Origin: the human T2T-CHM13v2.0 reference genome, Homo sapiens
Direction: 5' to 3' (one strand)
Length of the DNA stretch: 64,000 nt
Assembly: GCF_009914755.1 (NCBI RefSeq)
Contig: NC_060935.1
In this document: positions 52,528 to 64,000 of the stretch, piece after piece
How the letters are laid out: every line of letters begins with the position of its first letter
Position numbering within the stretch: the stretch's first letter is position 1
Program-made: the position numbers and the translations under genes
The notes under the pieces: generated by a model
Seen by the model: the letters and a program-made list of their open reading frames with translations, nothing else
What the model was told of the DNA's origin: nothing
The model's database searches: none

Positions 52528-55500
52528 TCTAGGTGTCCGCCCCAGTTTGAGCACTACGGGAGTTTCTGACACTTGCTGGCCTTTCGCCCAGTTTCAGCCT
52601 GAAGATTGTGGTCAGACACACTCTGAATCCCACCAGGCTTGATTAGCTTTGCCTGCCCCCTGAGGCAGCTCATGGACTTCTTCAGACTCTGTAGTTCAGG
52701 ACATATTGACCCCTTCTGAAGGGGCCCTCAGGAACTGCCTGCAGTGTAATTACCTGCCTGCTTATACTCCTCCCCACCAGGCACTCCTGAGAGCGGGACC
52801 GTCTTATTCTCCTCGGGGCCACCTGCCCCAACCCAGGGCCTGGCACGGCAGAGATGGCAGAGGTGTTTGGTGGGGTGTAATGTGTAAACAGCAGAGTGCT
52901 GCTGTCGTCATTCATCCCACCATAGTTTGTCTGGTGAATGCATTTTTAGTGTCAAGCTGCCTGAAGGAGAAGCCAGGGATAAAGACCCAAGCTCAGAATG
53001 TATCCTGGGGAGAGGGATTGGTTCACAGAGAGAAGCTGTCTTGCAGCCTTTCCCCCTCCGGCCTGGTTCTGGCTGTTGCCAGCATTCTAGGAGTTCTCTA
53101 GACGGGCTGAAACGCACCGCAGGGATACAGGGAGGGCCGGAGAATAGGCGTTTGTTTCCAGGTAGAATTTTGGGGCATACCCGGCCTTGTCTGGGAGCAA
53201 TCAGGGACCAGAGGCAAGGGCTGCGATGGGCTCTGGGGCCTACTGTGGCCTCATCCCTCTCACCTGGCCCCAGCTCAGGCCATTCCAAGAGCCTCCCAGC
53301 CTAACAGCAACGTGTGGCTATCCAAGGGTCCCAGACAGAGGATTGGAGGGCTGCACCTGTGTTTAGGGGACAGCCACCCCTCCCCCTAAGCACCTGCTCT
53401 GACAGCATGGGATGATGTCAACAAGGGACTTCCATGAAGCCCAAGGGGGAAGGATAGTGGGAGTGGGGTCTGAGGTCTGGACTCTGCTTGAAGATTGACA
53501 ATGATGGGTGGGAGTCCCTCACCCACTGTAAGCTCTAGGAAGAGGGTGAGCATTCCTGTTGATACTGTGGCCCATTGTGTTGGCAGAGTCCAGGCCAGTT
53601 TGTGCTCTTGGTGTGACCCCAGGAGGGAGTCCTTTGCTGGATCATCTACCTCATGGGCTGGTACTGACATGCAGGTGCGATTTCCCTGCCTAAAACAGGC
53701 TCCAGAGTAAGACTGGCATCGCTCACCAGGGTAATTATTGGTTTGGGTTCAATTTCCATTCAAAACAGTAATCCCAGCCTGAGCTGGGTGTCAGATCTGA
53801 AGGTTGATTATTAGTAACATTTATCAACAGCCTCTCTCAGCTTCAGGCAATTACAGCTCATCTGCCATTCCTGCTCCCAGTCATGCAAACTTGCCAGCTT
53901 CTTCCCTGCCCACCCCCTCCATTCCCCTCTCCCCTTCTTCTCCCATCTCCTCCCCTTAGCAGACAACCTGACGGAGGGCAGGAGGTGGGTGCCACCTTAT
54001 GACTCACTATCACCCTGTATGGAGGGGGTCCATGTGCATGCTAGGCACCTGTGCTCCCCAGCAGCAATATTCATGTTGCAGTCTTGTGAAATCTGAATCT
54101 GATTCTATCAGAACTGAGGAGAATCTGTGAAGGGGACAGATGGGAACCCATGTCTCCCGGCTCCTTGTCGCATGATGCGTTTTCAATGGCACTGTGCTCC
54201 TTCCTGCTCCTGACTCAGTCTGTCCCTCCCCTCCAGGGCTGAGACTAGGGTGAGGCTAGAAAGACATTGACCTCAAGTGCAACATTCAAAGGACCTCGAA
54301 CAAGCTCAGTAATTAAGATAAATGATATTTCAATATAGTATTTTTTTAAATCAAAATGAATGCAAAGCACATACAACAAAATCAAACCTTTAATAAAGAC
54401 ACGATACAACACTGGATTTGCGGGCCTTGTATTGGCCTCACTTGCCTTACCCTAACTCCAGTCTTGTTTATCATGGACAGTTTTGCTTTGATTTGCTGGA
54501 AGTATTAAATTTCTTGGCTGCTGAGTTTTTTGGCAGATCTTTAAATTCTGCGCCTCAGGCGAGAGCTTTATTCAGCTTACCCTGGTGCTGGCCCCACTGC
54601 TCTCACTTCCCGCTGGGCCCTAACCTCCTGCTCCCTTCAGCTCTTACTGCCTACTGCCTCAGGCAGGGTGGCTCAGCTTCTCTCTTCGCAGGTGCCCAGG
54701 GCAGCAGGGGACCCAAAGGGCCCCTCCATGGGCTGTCTTCCAGGGTGCCCATCCTTCATTCCATCCCACTGGACCCTGCTTCAGCCGTCAGACACCTCAG
54801 GGAGGGCCTGCAGGTTGCCAGAGTAACTGCTGTGATAACTGGAGGACAGAACATGCTGGTCTTGCTCTGCTCGTAGAATCACGTCCAGCCAGGGCTGGAT
54901 GAGTGCAAGCAGGCACGCCTGACAGCGTCCCTGACACGCTGATCCAAAACGTCACTGGACATGCATGGAGGTGGAGAACATTCCATGTACCCACATTCCT
55001 CTAGGGGGACGACAGCATGAGGCTGGAGGAAAACTGTGGTGATCTGTTTGTGACAGGGAGGTGAGACGCTGAAGTAGACATGGATGCTTCCTAACCAGCC
55101 TTCCGCAGAGGGTAGGTCTCATTCGCTGAAGGGCTTCTGTTCTGCTGAGCAGGGTCTGTCAGTAGGGGGGCACACCTGTCTCCAGAGAATACCCTCCTCC
55201 TGTCCTCCCCTGGCTGTGCTCCACTAGCCTAAAAGGTAAACAGACATTTTAGAAAGATCAGTGTTGAAGGGGTACCCAAGATGCCAAATTATATCTGGGA
55301 CTTGAGACACTGTTATGTCGAGGTCCAGGCCTAGGCCAGCTGGTCACAGTGTCCAGATGCCTGTCACGGTGGGAGGCCTGAGGGTCTCAGGGGACATGTA
55401 TCAGAAGCACCTCTGCCCTGCCTGTTCCACTCTGTAATCTCCCTTCTGAGCCCCTACTGCAGCACAGAGCCAGCTGGTCATCTAGCCTGGCAGTAGTAAG

Positions 55501-57706
55501 TCATTCTATTTTCCTGCAGATAGGAATACATGGTTCCTGTTCCTCCTATGCACTCTGCCACTTAAATTCCCCTCTCTGAGTCCTAGGTTCCCCTTTTGTG
55601 AAATATCAATGATAGCATCCTTCTTAGAAGGCTGTGCTCACCATTCAGTGCACTAATGCAAAGCACTGTGACCGACTGAAGAGTCATGTTCTGTGGGGCC
55701 ATGGAGGACAGAACTAGGACTGAAGGGAGGTGTGTTTGAGCTTTAGGTGAAGCAGCAATGGCCAACTACAAAGATGGAGGGACCGCTCTGGGAAGAGCAA
55801 ACACCCTGATGCTCAGAGTGTGCATGAGGAGGTTTCATAATCACCATCCAGCAGCTTAGCCTCAAAAGGGCTGCCTGCCCCAGGGAGCTATGACCCTTGA
55901 GAGATGCAGTTTATCCAGCCCTGAGGTTCTGTTTGACCATCTTTCCCCGGTTGTCCTCCAGGGGGTCATGGCACAAGTCTCAGTAGCACGGGCCCCATGG
56001 TCCAGCCTTAAGGTAAGAATGGACCTCCCTGGAGGAAGCTGGCTTCATCTACAGTTGATAAGTTCACCTTTTTTCCTGGTCCACTTTCCTTGGTTTAACC
56101 CTGTGACCAAACCTGAGAGCTTTGGCAGGAAGGAAACCAGGGAGGATGTTGTGCTTGAGAAAGTGCTGGCCTGAGCATTGGCTTTGAGATGTCCTTTTAC
56201 TCTGACTGGAGGGTCTCATTCCACCTGTAGCAAGACTAAAGACACCTGAAAGAGAGTTTCTGGGAGATGGAGGATGAGGTCTCCAGTTGCAGGTGCATGC
56301 ACACGTCCACTTCCCCACCTGGCAGGTGCCGGCATGCAGGATGTCTGTGCGTGTGCCCCTTGCACTGACTCCCTTGAGGCTGGCTGTGCAGCTTTGGGGC
56401 ATGTGTCCAAGCAGAGAGAATGGAAGACTCCATATTGGGAGCCTTGGCTTTGACCTTTCCTTTCTCTGAGCCTGATTTTCCCAACAGTGTTATGGGAGGG
56501 GAAGGATGAGATGCGCTTCTCAGCTGATGTCCGTGATTCTTCTGTTTTCTGGAGGCCATGAGTGTTAACAGAATGTGTTCACTTTTGCACCCTTCTTCCA
56601 TGACCACTTACAGTCTGTCTGCTTAGCAGATGAGGGGTCTGGGTCTCCAGCGTCCATTTGGGGTGGGGTCAGCAATGTCCAGCTTTGCATCTGGGTATCA
56701 CTTTTCCTTCTGATACTTGAAATTGGATTCTGAAGATTCCTAATTATTGTTCCAAGTTCTCATTGAAAATCTGGGTGTAATTTTTACAAGAGCATGGCTG
56801 AGGATGGACATGGAGGGGAAGTAGTGGGGCTGGAGGGAGGGAAGGGACAGACAGAAGGTGATGTTGTCATTAGGAGTTAAAGCCAGGGCCTGGTAGTAGA
56901 TAAGGCTGGACAGTTGGCAGGATCATCGGGCGGACTAAAGTAGCTTAGATTCTGTCCAGAGGAAGTGGGGGTCTTCTGAAGGGTTTAAGTAGGCTGGGAG
57001 GACATGATCTTAGGAAGCTCACTCTGGTGTCAGTTGCAGGATGGATTTGAGAGGAGCAAGTTAGGTGTAGATGCCCATGATGATGCCAAGATCTGGGCAA
57101 CAGACAGGAAGGCCCTAGCTCAGAAGTGGCTCTAGGGAAGGTGAGGTGCATAGAATTGAGAGATGCTCAGTAGATGGCATGAGCAGTGCTTGATGATTGT
57201 CTGGGTTGGTGGAGGAAGGTGGACAGGGAAAAGCAGAAAGCTACGATGGTGCCTCAAGGGGCTGAGTGATGTCACTCACAGAGACAGAATGTATAGAGTG
57301 AATGTTCAGACTCACAGGAAGTCCAAAACTACATACCCCAACTTGAGGTGCTGTGGGACATCCGGGGTGCAGGGTCCAGAGAGCAGGTAGGTAGAGTTTA
57401 GAAGAGGGCTGGGTCCACAATGCAGCCTTGGATGTTCTCAATGTAAGAGTTGTGGGAGATGAAGCCTTGTGAGTGGATGGGAACACCCAGGTGCATTTCA
57501 GGTGAAGCAAGGGGACAAGAGGCTGAGGACACAGACAAGCAAATCCTAGATCTTCCATCAGTCCCTAGAAGGCACGATGTGTGCCCCTCCCAGCACACAG
57601 CCTGAGCCCTAGCACAGAGCTGGCCGCAGAGAGGGCAGCAGTGAATGTGTCCTCGGTGGTTCCTCCAGATGGGGCCTTTGTCCGCAGTGCACTTGTCTCT
57701 GCCTGG

Positions 57707-57763
57707 GTTGCTATAGTAACCCACAGATGCAGAGAGACTTGGCCTCCGTGTTGCCATGGAAAC
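57707..57763. promoter_or_regulatory. TUB: Paired RFX X-boxes at the TUB second promoter
   Basis: GTTGCTATAGTAAC (57707-57720) and GTTGCCATGGAAAC (57750-57763), both fitting the palindromic GTTRCCATGGYAAC consensus. Confidence 0.75.
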
Positions 57764-58043
57764 CAGCAATTGGGTGTCCCTGTGTGGCATGGCCACTGAG
57801 ACCTTGAGGATTCAGTCTGGTCCTGAAGGGTTTGGGGGGAGACTGCGACCAGAAGATGTTTCCATGTCCTAATTAATGGGTGATGGTGGTTGTTAGTCTG
57901 ACTGTTGCCACGGTGATGAAGGGAGACATCCAAGTGCTGGTTTCAGTACTGAGGCGAATACAGGGAATTTCAACAGGCTCCAGGTCTTACTATGCAGCCT
58001 GAAGTGGGACCATCCCTTAAACCCACTCCATCCTGTGGCCACG

Positions 58044-58198
58044 ATGGGGGCCAGGACACCTTTGCCTTCTTTCTGGGTTTCTTTCTTTGCCGAGACAGGG
58101 ATTTTGTTCCCAGGAGGCACTCCCTGGCCCATGGGATCTCAGCATTCAAAGCAGCACAGGAAACCTGGGCCCCTGAAACGGGGCCACCGAAGAGATCG
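58044..58198 (+). CDS. TUB: TUB long-isoform coding exon 1
   Basis: acgATGG; MGARTPLPSFWVSFFAETGILFPGGTPWPMGSQHSKQHRKPGPLKRGHRRD(R)|gtaagc, the N-terminus of the long human tubby isoform. Confidence 0.92.
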
Positions 58199-58814
58199 GT
58201 AAGCTTTCAACATCCTGCCTTTAGCCCATGGGCCCAACCATTGCGTCAGCTCCACCCACCCACCCTCACTGACCTCAACCCTTTACAGTCCCAAGGCCTC
58301 CCCTTCCTGATGGTGCTGCTCCCCTATCACCACGTGGAGCCCCACAGGTATATCCCCGCAAACCCCTCTTGCTCCAGACAGGTGATCAGGGAGGCTTCAT
58401 TACTCCAGGAGCTGCCCAGGACCTCAGGGAGGTCCCCCACCATGGGAGTAAGGGCCTCTCCCCCAGCCTCCAGGGCTCCGGCAGCTCCACACTCCGGCCC
58501 TCTGCCTCTTCTGGAGGGCTCCTCCTTCCAGCTTCTGCCTGTCTCCCCACCCCCCAGTGCTTCATTCCCATGGCTCAGGTCATCACTGCCCTCATCTGGA
58601 CTGCCTGCCTGCCTGCCTGCCATCCGGGGCCCACAGAGTGAGCACTCTATGGAAGTCCCTCTACCCTGATCCATCACGTAACTCACCTACTGAGGCAGCT
58701 GAGACCAGGGCACTGAAGGAGGTCTTGAGTGACCAGGTGTGGCCAGGCAGCAGGCAGGGATGATGAGGTGAGGCTGCAAGGATGTGGAGAGTCACCCCTT
58801 CTTTTCCTCCTCAG

Positions 58815-58862
58815 GAGAACAACCAGGAGGAAGTACTGGAAGGAAGGAAGGGAGATCGCTCG
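58815..58862 (+). CDS. TUB: TUB long-isoform coding exon 2
   Basis: cctcag|(R)RTTRRKYWKEGREIA(R)|gtgagc; 48 nt, phase 2-2. Confidence 0.92.
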
Positions 58863-61144
58863 GTGAGCTGGAGGGGAGGAGGGCGTGCCGGCCCTGGGAA
58901 AGGGCCAACCACAGGAGACTGTGAGGGAGGTGGGCGGAAGACGTGGGTGGCTCAGGGGCCATGAACCCCATATGCGCCTGGGAGTGTGTGTGTGAAATGG
59001 GGTTTAGGGGAGGGTGTGACCACTGGACAAAGCCTGCTCTTATTGTGTGTGACTATTGTGGCCTTGGGTTTGTCCCTCTTGGATCCTCCTGTGGTCTTTT
59101 TGCCTTGACTCTAACCGGGTGATGCTGATGAGCAGGTCCAGAGGCCTGGGCTCTGTTCACTAGCCTGTGCTGGGACTCTCAGCCAAGCCTTCTCAGAAAG
59201 GAGGTGTCCTCTACATGTGGTCACACCATAGCCTAGGACCACAGAGGGAATCATGGTGGCAGAGCCTCCAGCCCCCCTGCCCTCCCATTGCCCAAACACC
59301 CAGATGTGGAGATGCCCTGCCCCGGGGTGCCGTCCCAAGCCTGCTTTCTAACATCAGGAGGTGGGTCTTGCCTAAGGCTCCTAACCAGGACCTCATTTGT
59401 TGTTTACACATGTTGGGGTCCCAAGGATATGTTTCTTGGCCCACAGAATGGTCATAAACAACTGCCCTGTGAAGGAGGGGGTGCTGTCTTGTGTACAGAT
59501 GAGGCAAAATGACAGGATCCTGTCCCCAGCTGCAGAGTGTCTGCTGGGCGTCCCCAACACCTGGGAAGTCTGTCTGTCCTTCCAAGGGGCCAGGCCAGAG
59601 AAATGGGGGGCACCTGGGGCTCTGCTTTGCCTCCTCATGGATGTCAGTCCCGGGTTTCTGATGGGGTTTGTGATCATGGCGCCCTAAAGGGAAGCTCTGT
59701 GGAGAGCCAGGGGTCTCGAGTATGGCCTTCATGGCAGGGACCCCATTGCTCTCCTTTTTTACACATGGCCTCAAACCAGGTTGACTTTTTAGCCTAAAGA
59801 AAATCTCATGAAGAGAAAGACAGTGGTGTGGGGGAGGGTGTATCACTTGAGCCTACTTCACAGGCTCTTGGGAAGGAGCAGTAGGAGGAGGAGGGGTGCA
59901 AGTAGTGAACCCCAGAGGGATGACTCTGCTGTGATGACTGTTAATGAGGCTTGAGACTTCAGCTCATTTGTCATGTGCAGCTGGTGTATTTTGAGTGATA
60001 TAAGTTGATGACAGCCTCCTTCCTGAACCCACTGTCAAGGCTGCAAGAAATTTTTGAGATCCCACATCCAACCCCTTGTGTAACAGGCAAAACAGGCCTC
60101 AGGTTCTGAACCAAGGTCACACTGCAAGTTTGTGGTAGACTCAGAATTAGAACGCAGGCCACCTGCTCAGGGTTCTTTCTCTGTACTGCAGGAGAGGGAA
60201 CCAGCATCACTGTGTGGGAGTCAAGGGGCTTCTCAGGAGTGAGTAGTCCTTTGGCCATGACCTTGCCTTATGTGAATGGAAGTTCTGAGCATAGTGTGAA
60301 CTGTATGTCTACAGCTGATGGCTGCCTGGCAGGGACTCTTGGCCATACTGGGTTTCTGGGCTGGCTCATTTCTGGTGTTTGGTATCTCTCTACTTCACGT
60401 TGAATGGCTCTTCCCTGTTGAAAGGCTCTGCCAGTATCCCTTAATATCAGGTAAAACTGCACAATTCAAGATGGTGCCAGCAAGCATGATGTTTCCCCCA
60501 TGGTGACACAGGGCTGTAAGTAGGGAGATGAGGAGCCAGGCATCTTTGGAATTGAGGGCTGACTTATAGGGCTGACTTATCTCCGTAGGTTTGGAATAGT
60601 CATAATTAATGGCAAAGTTAATGGTCCAGCCACTTAGGGATATAGCAAAGCAAGAGAATCTTGGCTTGTTGTCTTCAACTTGTTGAAGAATATCATCTCC
60701 ATTTCATCCACCCATTACTTGGCATCTTGGGATCATTTGAAACTGTTCCACCTGTGAAACCTTAATCTTTGTGTACCTCGTATGCATTCCGTCTCCCATA
60801 TCTCCACCATGTCTGTTCATAGAGACCTCAGGCCCCTGAGCCCTAGTTTTTCTCCTCACTCTGAATCAACTCTTGTTCCTATTCTATCTGAGCTCTGTTG
60901 CTTGTCACTTCAACTGCCCACCATTCACCACCTGGCCTCTTAGTCTCCTACCTCAACCTTAGAGCAGGGTCACTGCCTGCTTTCTCTAGTCCTGGTTTAA
61001 AGGTGTGGGGGGAATTCCTTCGTGAATTGACATTGGTCCAAGTTCATGGCCCGCAGCCTCCAGCGAGCCCCCAGCAATGCCCAGCAGTCCTGTGACCTGG
61101 GCCTGCTCCAATTCCTCCACAACTATTTCAAAGCTCTCACATTA

Positions 61145-63700
61145 CCCACTTATTGGGATATAATTCATATACCATACAAGTTGCCTGTTTATAGTGTACA
61201 GTTCAATGGTTTTAAGTTGTATGACCATCACTACAATTTATTTTAGAACATTTTCATTACTCCCCCCAATGAAAACCCATACCCATTTGCAGTCTCCCCC
61301 TTTTCCTACACCCCCCAGCCTTAGGCAGCCACTAATCTATTTTCTATCTTTATAGATTTGCCTATTCTGGACATTTCATGTAAATGGAATCACATAATAT
61401 GTGGTCTTTTGTAACTGGCTTCTTTCCTTAGTATAATATTTTCTAGGTTCATCTGTGTCATAGCATTTATCAATACTTCATTTCTTTTTATTGCTGAATA
61501 ATATTCAATTGTATGGATATACCACATTTTCTTTATCTATTCATCAATTGATGAACATTTGGGTGTTTCCACATTTTAGCTATTATAAATAATGCTGATA
61601 TAAACTCTTGTGTCCAGGTTTTTATAGGGACATATGTTTTCACTCCTTGGGTATATGCCTAGGATCTATGTTCAACCTTTTGAGGAACTGTCAGAGTGTT
61701 TTCCCAAGTGGTTGCTGCATTTTACATCCCCACCAGTAGTATATGAGGGTCTCAGTTTTTTCATATTCTTGCCAATACATGTTATTATCTGCAATTTTAA
61801 GTATAGTCATCCTAGTAAGTGTGAAGTAGTATCTCATTGTGGTTTGGCTTACATTTCCCTGATCACTAATGATGACTAACAATGTGCTTATGGACCATTT
61901 GTATATCTTCCTTGGAAAAATGTCTATTCATATCTCTTATCCATTTTTTAAATTGGGTTGCCTTTTTATTATTGAGTTGAAGCATTCTTTATATATTCTA
62001 GGTAAAAACAAGACCCTTATCAGATATATGGTTTGCAGATATTTTATTCTATTCTGTGGTTGTCTTCACTTTCTTGATGGTGTCTTTTGCAACACCAATA
62101 TTTTACATTTTTATGAAGTCTAATTTATCTAGTTTCCTTTTGTTGCTTGTGCTTTTGGTGTCACATGGAAGAAACTGTAGGATTTTTTACAAAGATTTTT
62201 GCCTATGTTTTCTTCTAAGAGCTTTATAGTTTTGGCTCTTTCATTTAGGTCTTTGAATCATTTTGAGTTAATTTTGTTATTGGTGTGAGGAAGGGGTCCC
62301 AACTCATTCATTTGAATATGGATATTCAGTTGTCCCAGCACCATTTGGTGAAAAAACCATTTTACCTCCATTGAATGGTCTCGCTATCCTGTTGTAAATC
62401 AGTTGACTGTAAATGTAAGTTTATTTCTGGGCTCTCAATTCCACTGCTTTGACCTATATGTCTATCTTTATACCAGTACCACATTACCTTGATTACTGGA
62501 GCTTTGTGGTAAGTTTTGAGATCAGGATGAGTTCTCCACCTTTGTTCTTTTTCAAGGTTGTTTGGCTATTCTGTATCCCTTAATTTTTTCTTACAAATTT
62601 TAGAATCTGCTTGTCAATTTCCACAAAGAAGCCAGCCAGTATTCTAATGGAGATTGGACCGAATCTGTAGATCAGTTTGGAGAGTATTGCCATCTTAATA
62701 GTATATAGTCTTTTGATCCATAAATACAGGATGTCTTCTTGTTTATTATTTAGGTCTTCTTTAATTTCTTTCAAAGAAGTTTATAGTTTTCAATGTATAA
62801 TATTGCACTTATTTTTAGCAGTTTATTCCTCAGTGTTTTATTCTTCTTGATGCTTTTGTAAATTGAATTGCTTTCTTAATGCAAGTGTATAGAACTATGT
62901 ATAACTGATTTTGTGTAATGATCTTGTATCCTGCAAACTTGCTGAACTTGTTTATTAGTTACAATCATTTTTTAGTGGATAACTTAGATTTTTATTACAC
63001 AAGATTATGTCTTGTATGAGTAGAGATAGTTTTATTTGTTCCTTTCTAATCTGGATGCCTTTTGTTTCATTTTCTTGCCTAATCATCTTGGCTAAAACCT
63101 CCAGTACAATGTTGAATACATTTGTCTAGAATGAGCATCTGCCCCACCCCACCCCCCTTCTTCTGGCTGCTCTTAAGATTTTTCTCTTTATCGTTGGCTT
63201 TCAACAATTGATTATGTGATGTCTTGGTATAGTTTTCTTCACGTTTCTTCCACTGAATGTCTTTTGAGTTTCTTGGATATATGGGTATATGGTGTTCATT
63301 AAATTTGAAGAAACATTGGGCATTATTTCTTCTAATATTTTTTCTGACTTTTCCCCTGAAACTCCAACTATGTGTATGTTAGCTTGCTTAATATTGTTCC
63401 AGAGTTTTTCATTTTTCAGTATTTTTCTGTGTTTTATTTTGAAATATTTCTACCTATGCCTTTGAATTTACGAATCTTTGCTTTGCAGTGTCTAATTCCA
63501 TGAAGTATATATTTTATTTTAGATACTATGTTTTTCATCTCTTGAAGCTTGACTTGCATCTTAATTATGTATTTCATTTCTCTCCTCATCATAGTCATAT
63601 TTTTCTCTATCTTTTTTACGTGGAGTGAGTTTATCATAGCTCTTTTAACATTTATGTCTGCTAATTCTGTCATCTGTGTCTTCCTACTTGTACTGTTTTT
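61145..63700 (-). mobile_element. L1 (L1M-type) fragments, antisense to TUB
   Basis: Reverse L1 3' UTR/ORF2; ORFs 61691-61882 and 62580-62774 (MKEIKEDLN...IKMAILSKLIYRF) are L1 ORF2-like. Confidence 0.88.
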
Positions 63701-63714
63701 ACCCACAACACTTC

Positions 63715-64000
63715 TAACACTAAATGTGTGGTTTCTTTCCACACCAACAACCAATTTGGCAACTCTCTAGATGCCAACTGAGGGTCCTGCAATTTAATTT
63801 GATTCTGGTACTAATTATTATAACTGAAGTTAATGCAGACCCCACAGTTTAAGGGCTCAGTCCCGCAAGACTTCCCCCATTTCATAAGTCCCAGGTTGTC
63901 ACCTATACTTCTGGCCAACCAGCTATAAATTGGGGGTTCCTAGGACCCCTGCTCAGGTATGAACATTTGCTAGAATGGCTAACAGAACTCAGGAAAGCAC
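63715..64000. mobile_element. LTR fragment (MER21/MER4-group-like), runs off window
   Basis: ccacaccaacaaccaatt...cagaccccacagtttaagggctcagtcccgcaagact. Confidence 0.6.

Noticed and set aside
57992-58669. 225-aa unspliced ORF over TUB exon 1
   Set aside because: Runs through the splice donor into the intron in a non-TUB frame; kept only as a possible overlapping uORF.
59211-59846. 211-aa minus-strand ORF in TUB intron
   Set aside because: Non-ATG start, no homology recognised, length compatible with chance in GC-rich intron.

Overview
Human (primate) genomic DNA: Alu/L1/MaLR-rich, and by gene content the EIF3F-TUB interval on chr11p15.4. It holds the complete 8-exon EIF3F gene on the + strand (ATG 6526 to TGA 15199, 357 aa, all introns GT-AG with consistent phases, CpG-island/TOP promoter, AATAAA at 15319). 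A repeat-rich intergenic stretch follows, containing a decayed ERVL-class provirus (RT connection/RNase H/integrase/dUTPase remnants, - strand) with nested DNA transposons and Alus. The window ends in the 5' part of TUB (tubby). TUB has two alternative first coding exon routes here: MEGVSSHRTLSYSRWSYD(S) in a large CpG island at ~38.5 kb, and MGARTPL...EIA(R) on two exons at ~58 kb. The shared TUB body lies beyond the window. I found no new multi-gene system, and almost all listed ORFs are Alu/L1 or GC-rich shadow ORFs. The best leads concern TUB: paired RFX X-boxes at both promoters, an internal Met giving a consensus N-myristoylation plus polybasic N-terminus, an in-frame upstream ATG extending the CpG-island isoform, and a possible extra first exon at ~51 kb. 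Repeat subfamily names and motif calls are by eye and need RepeatMasker or motif-scan confirmation.
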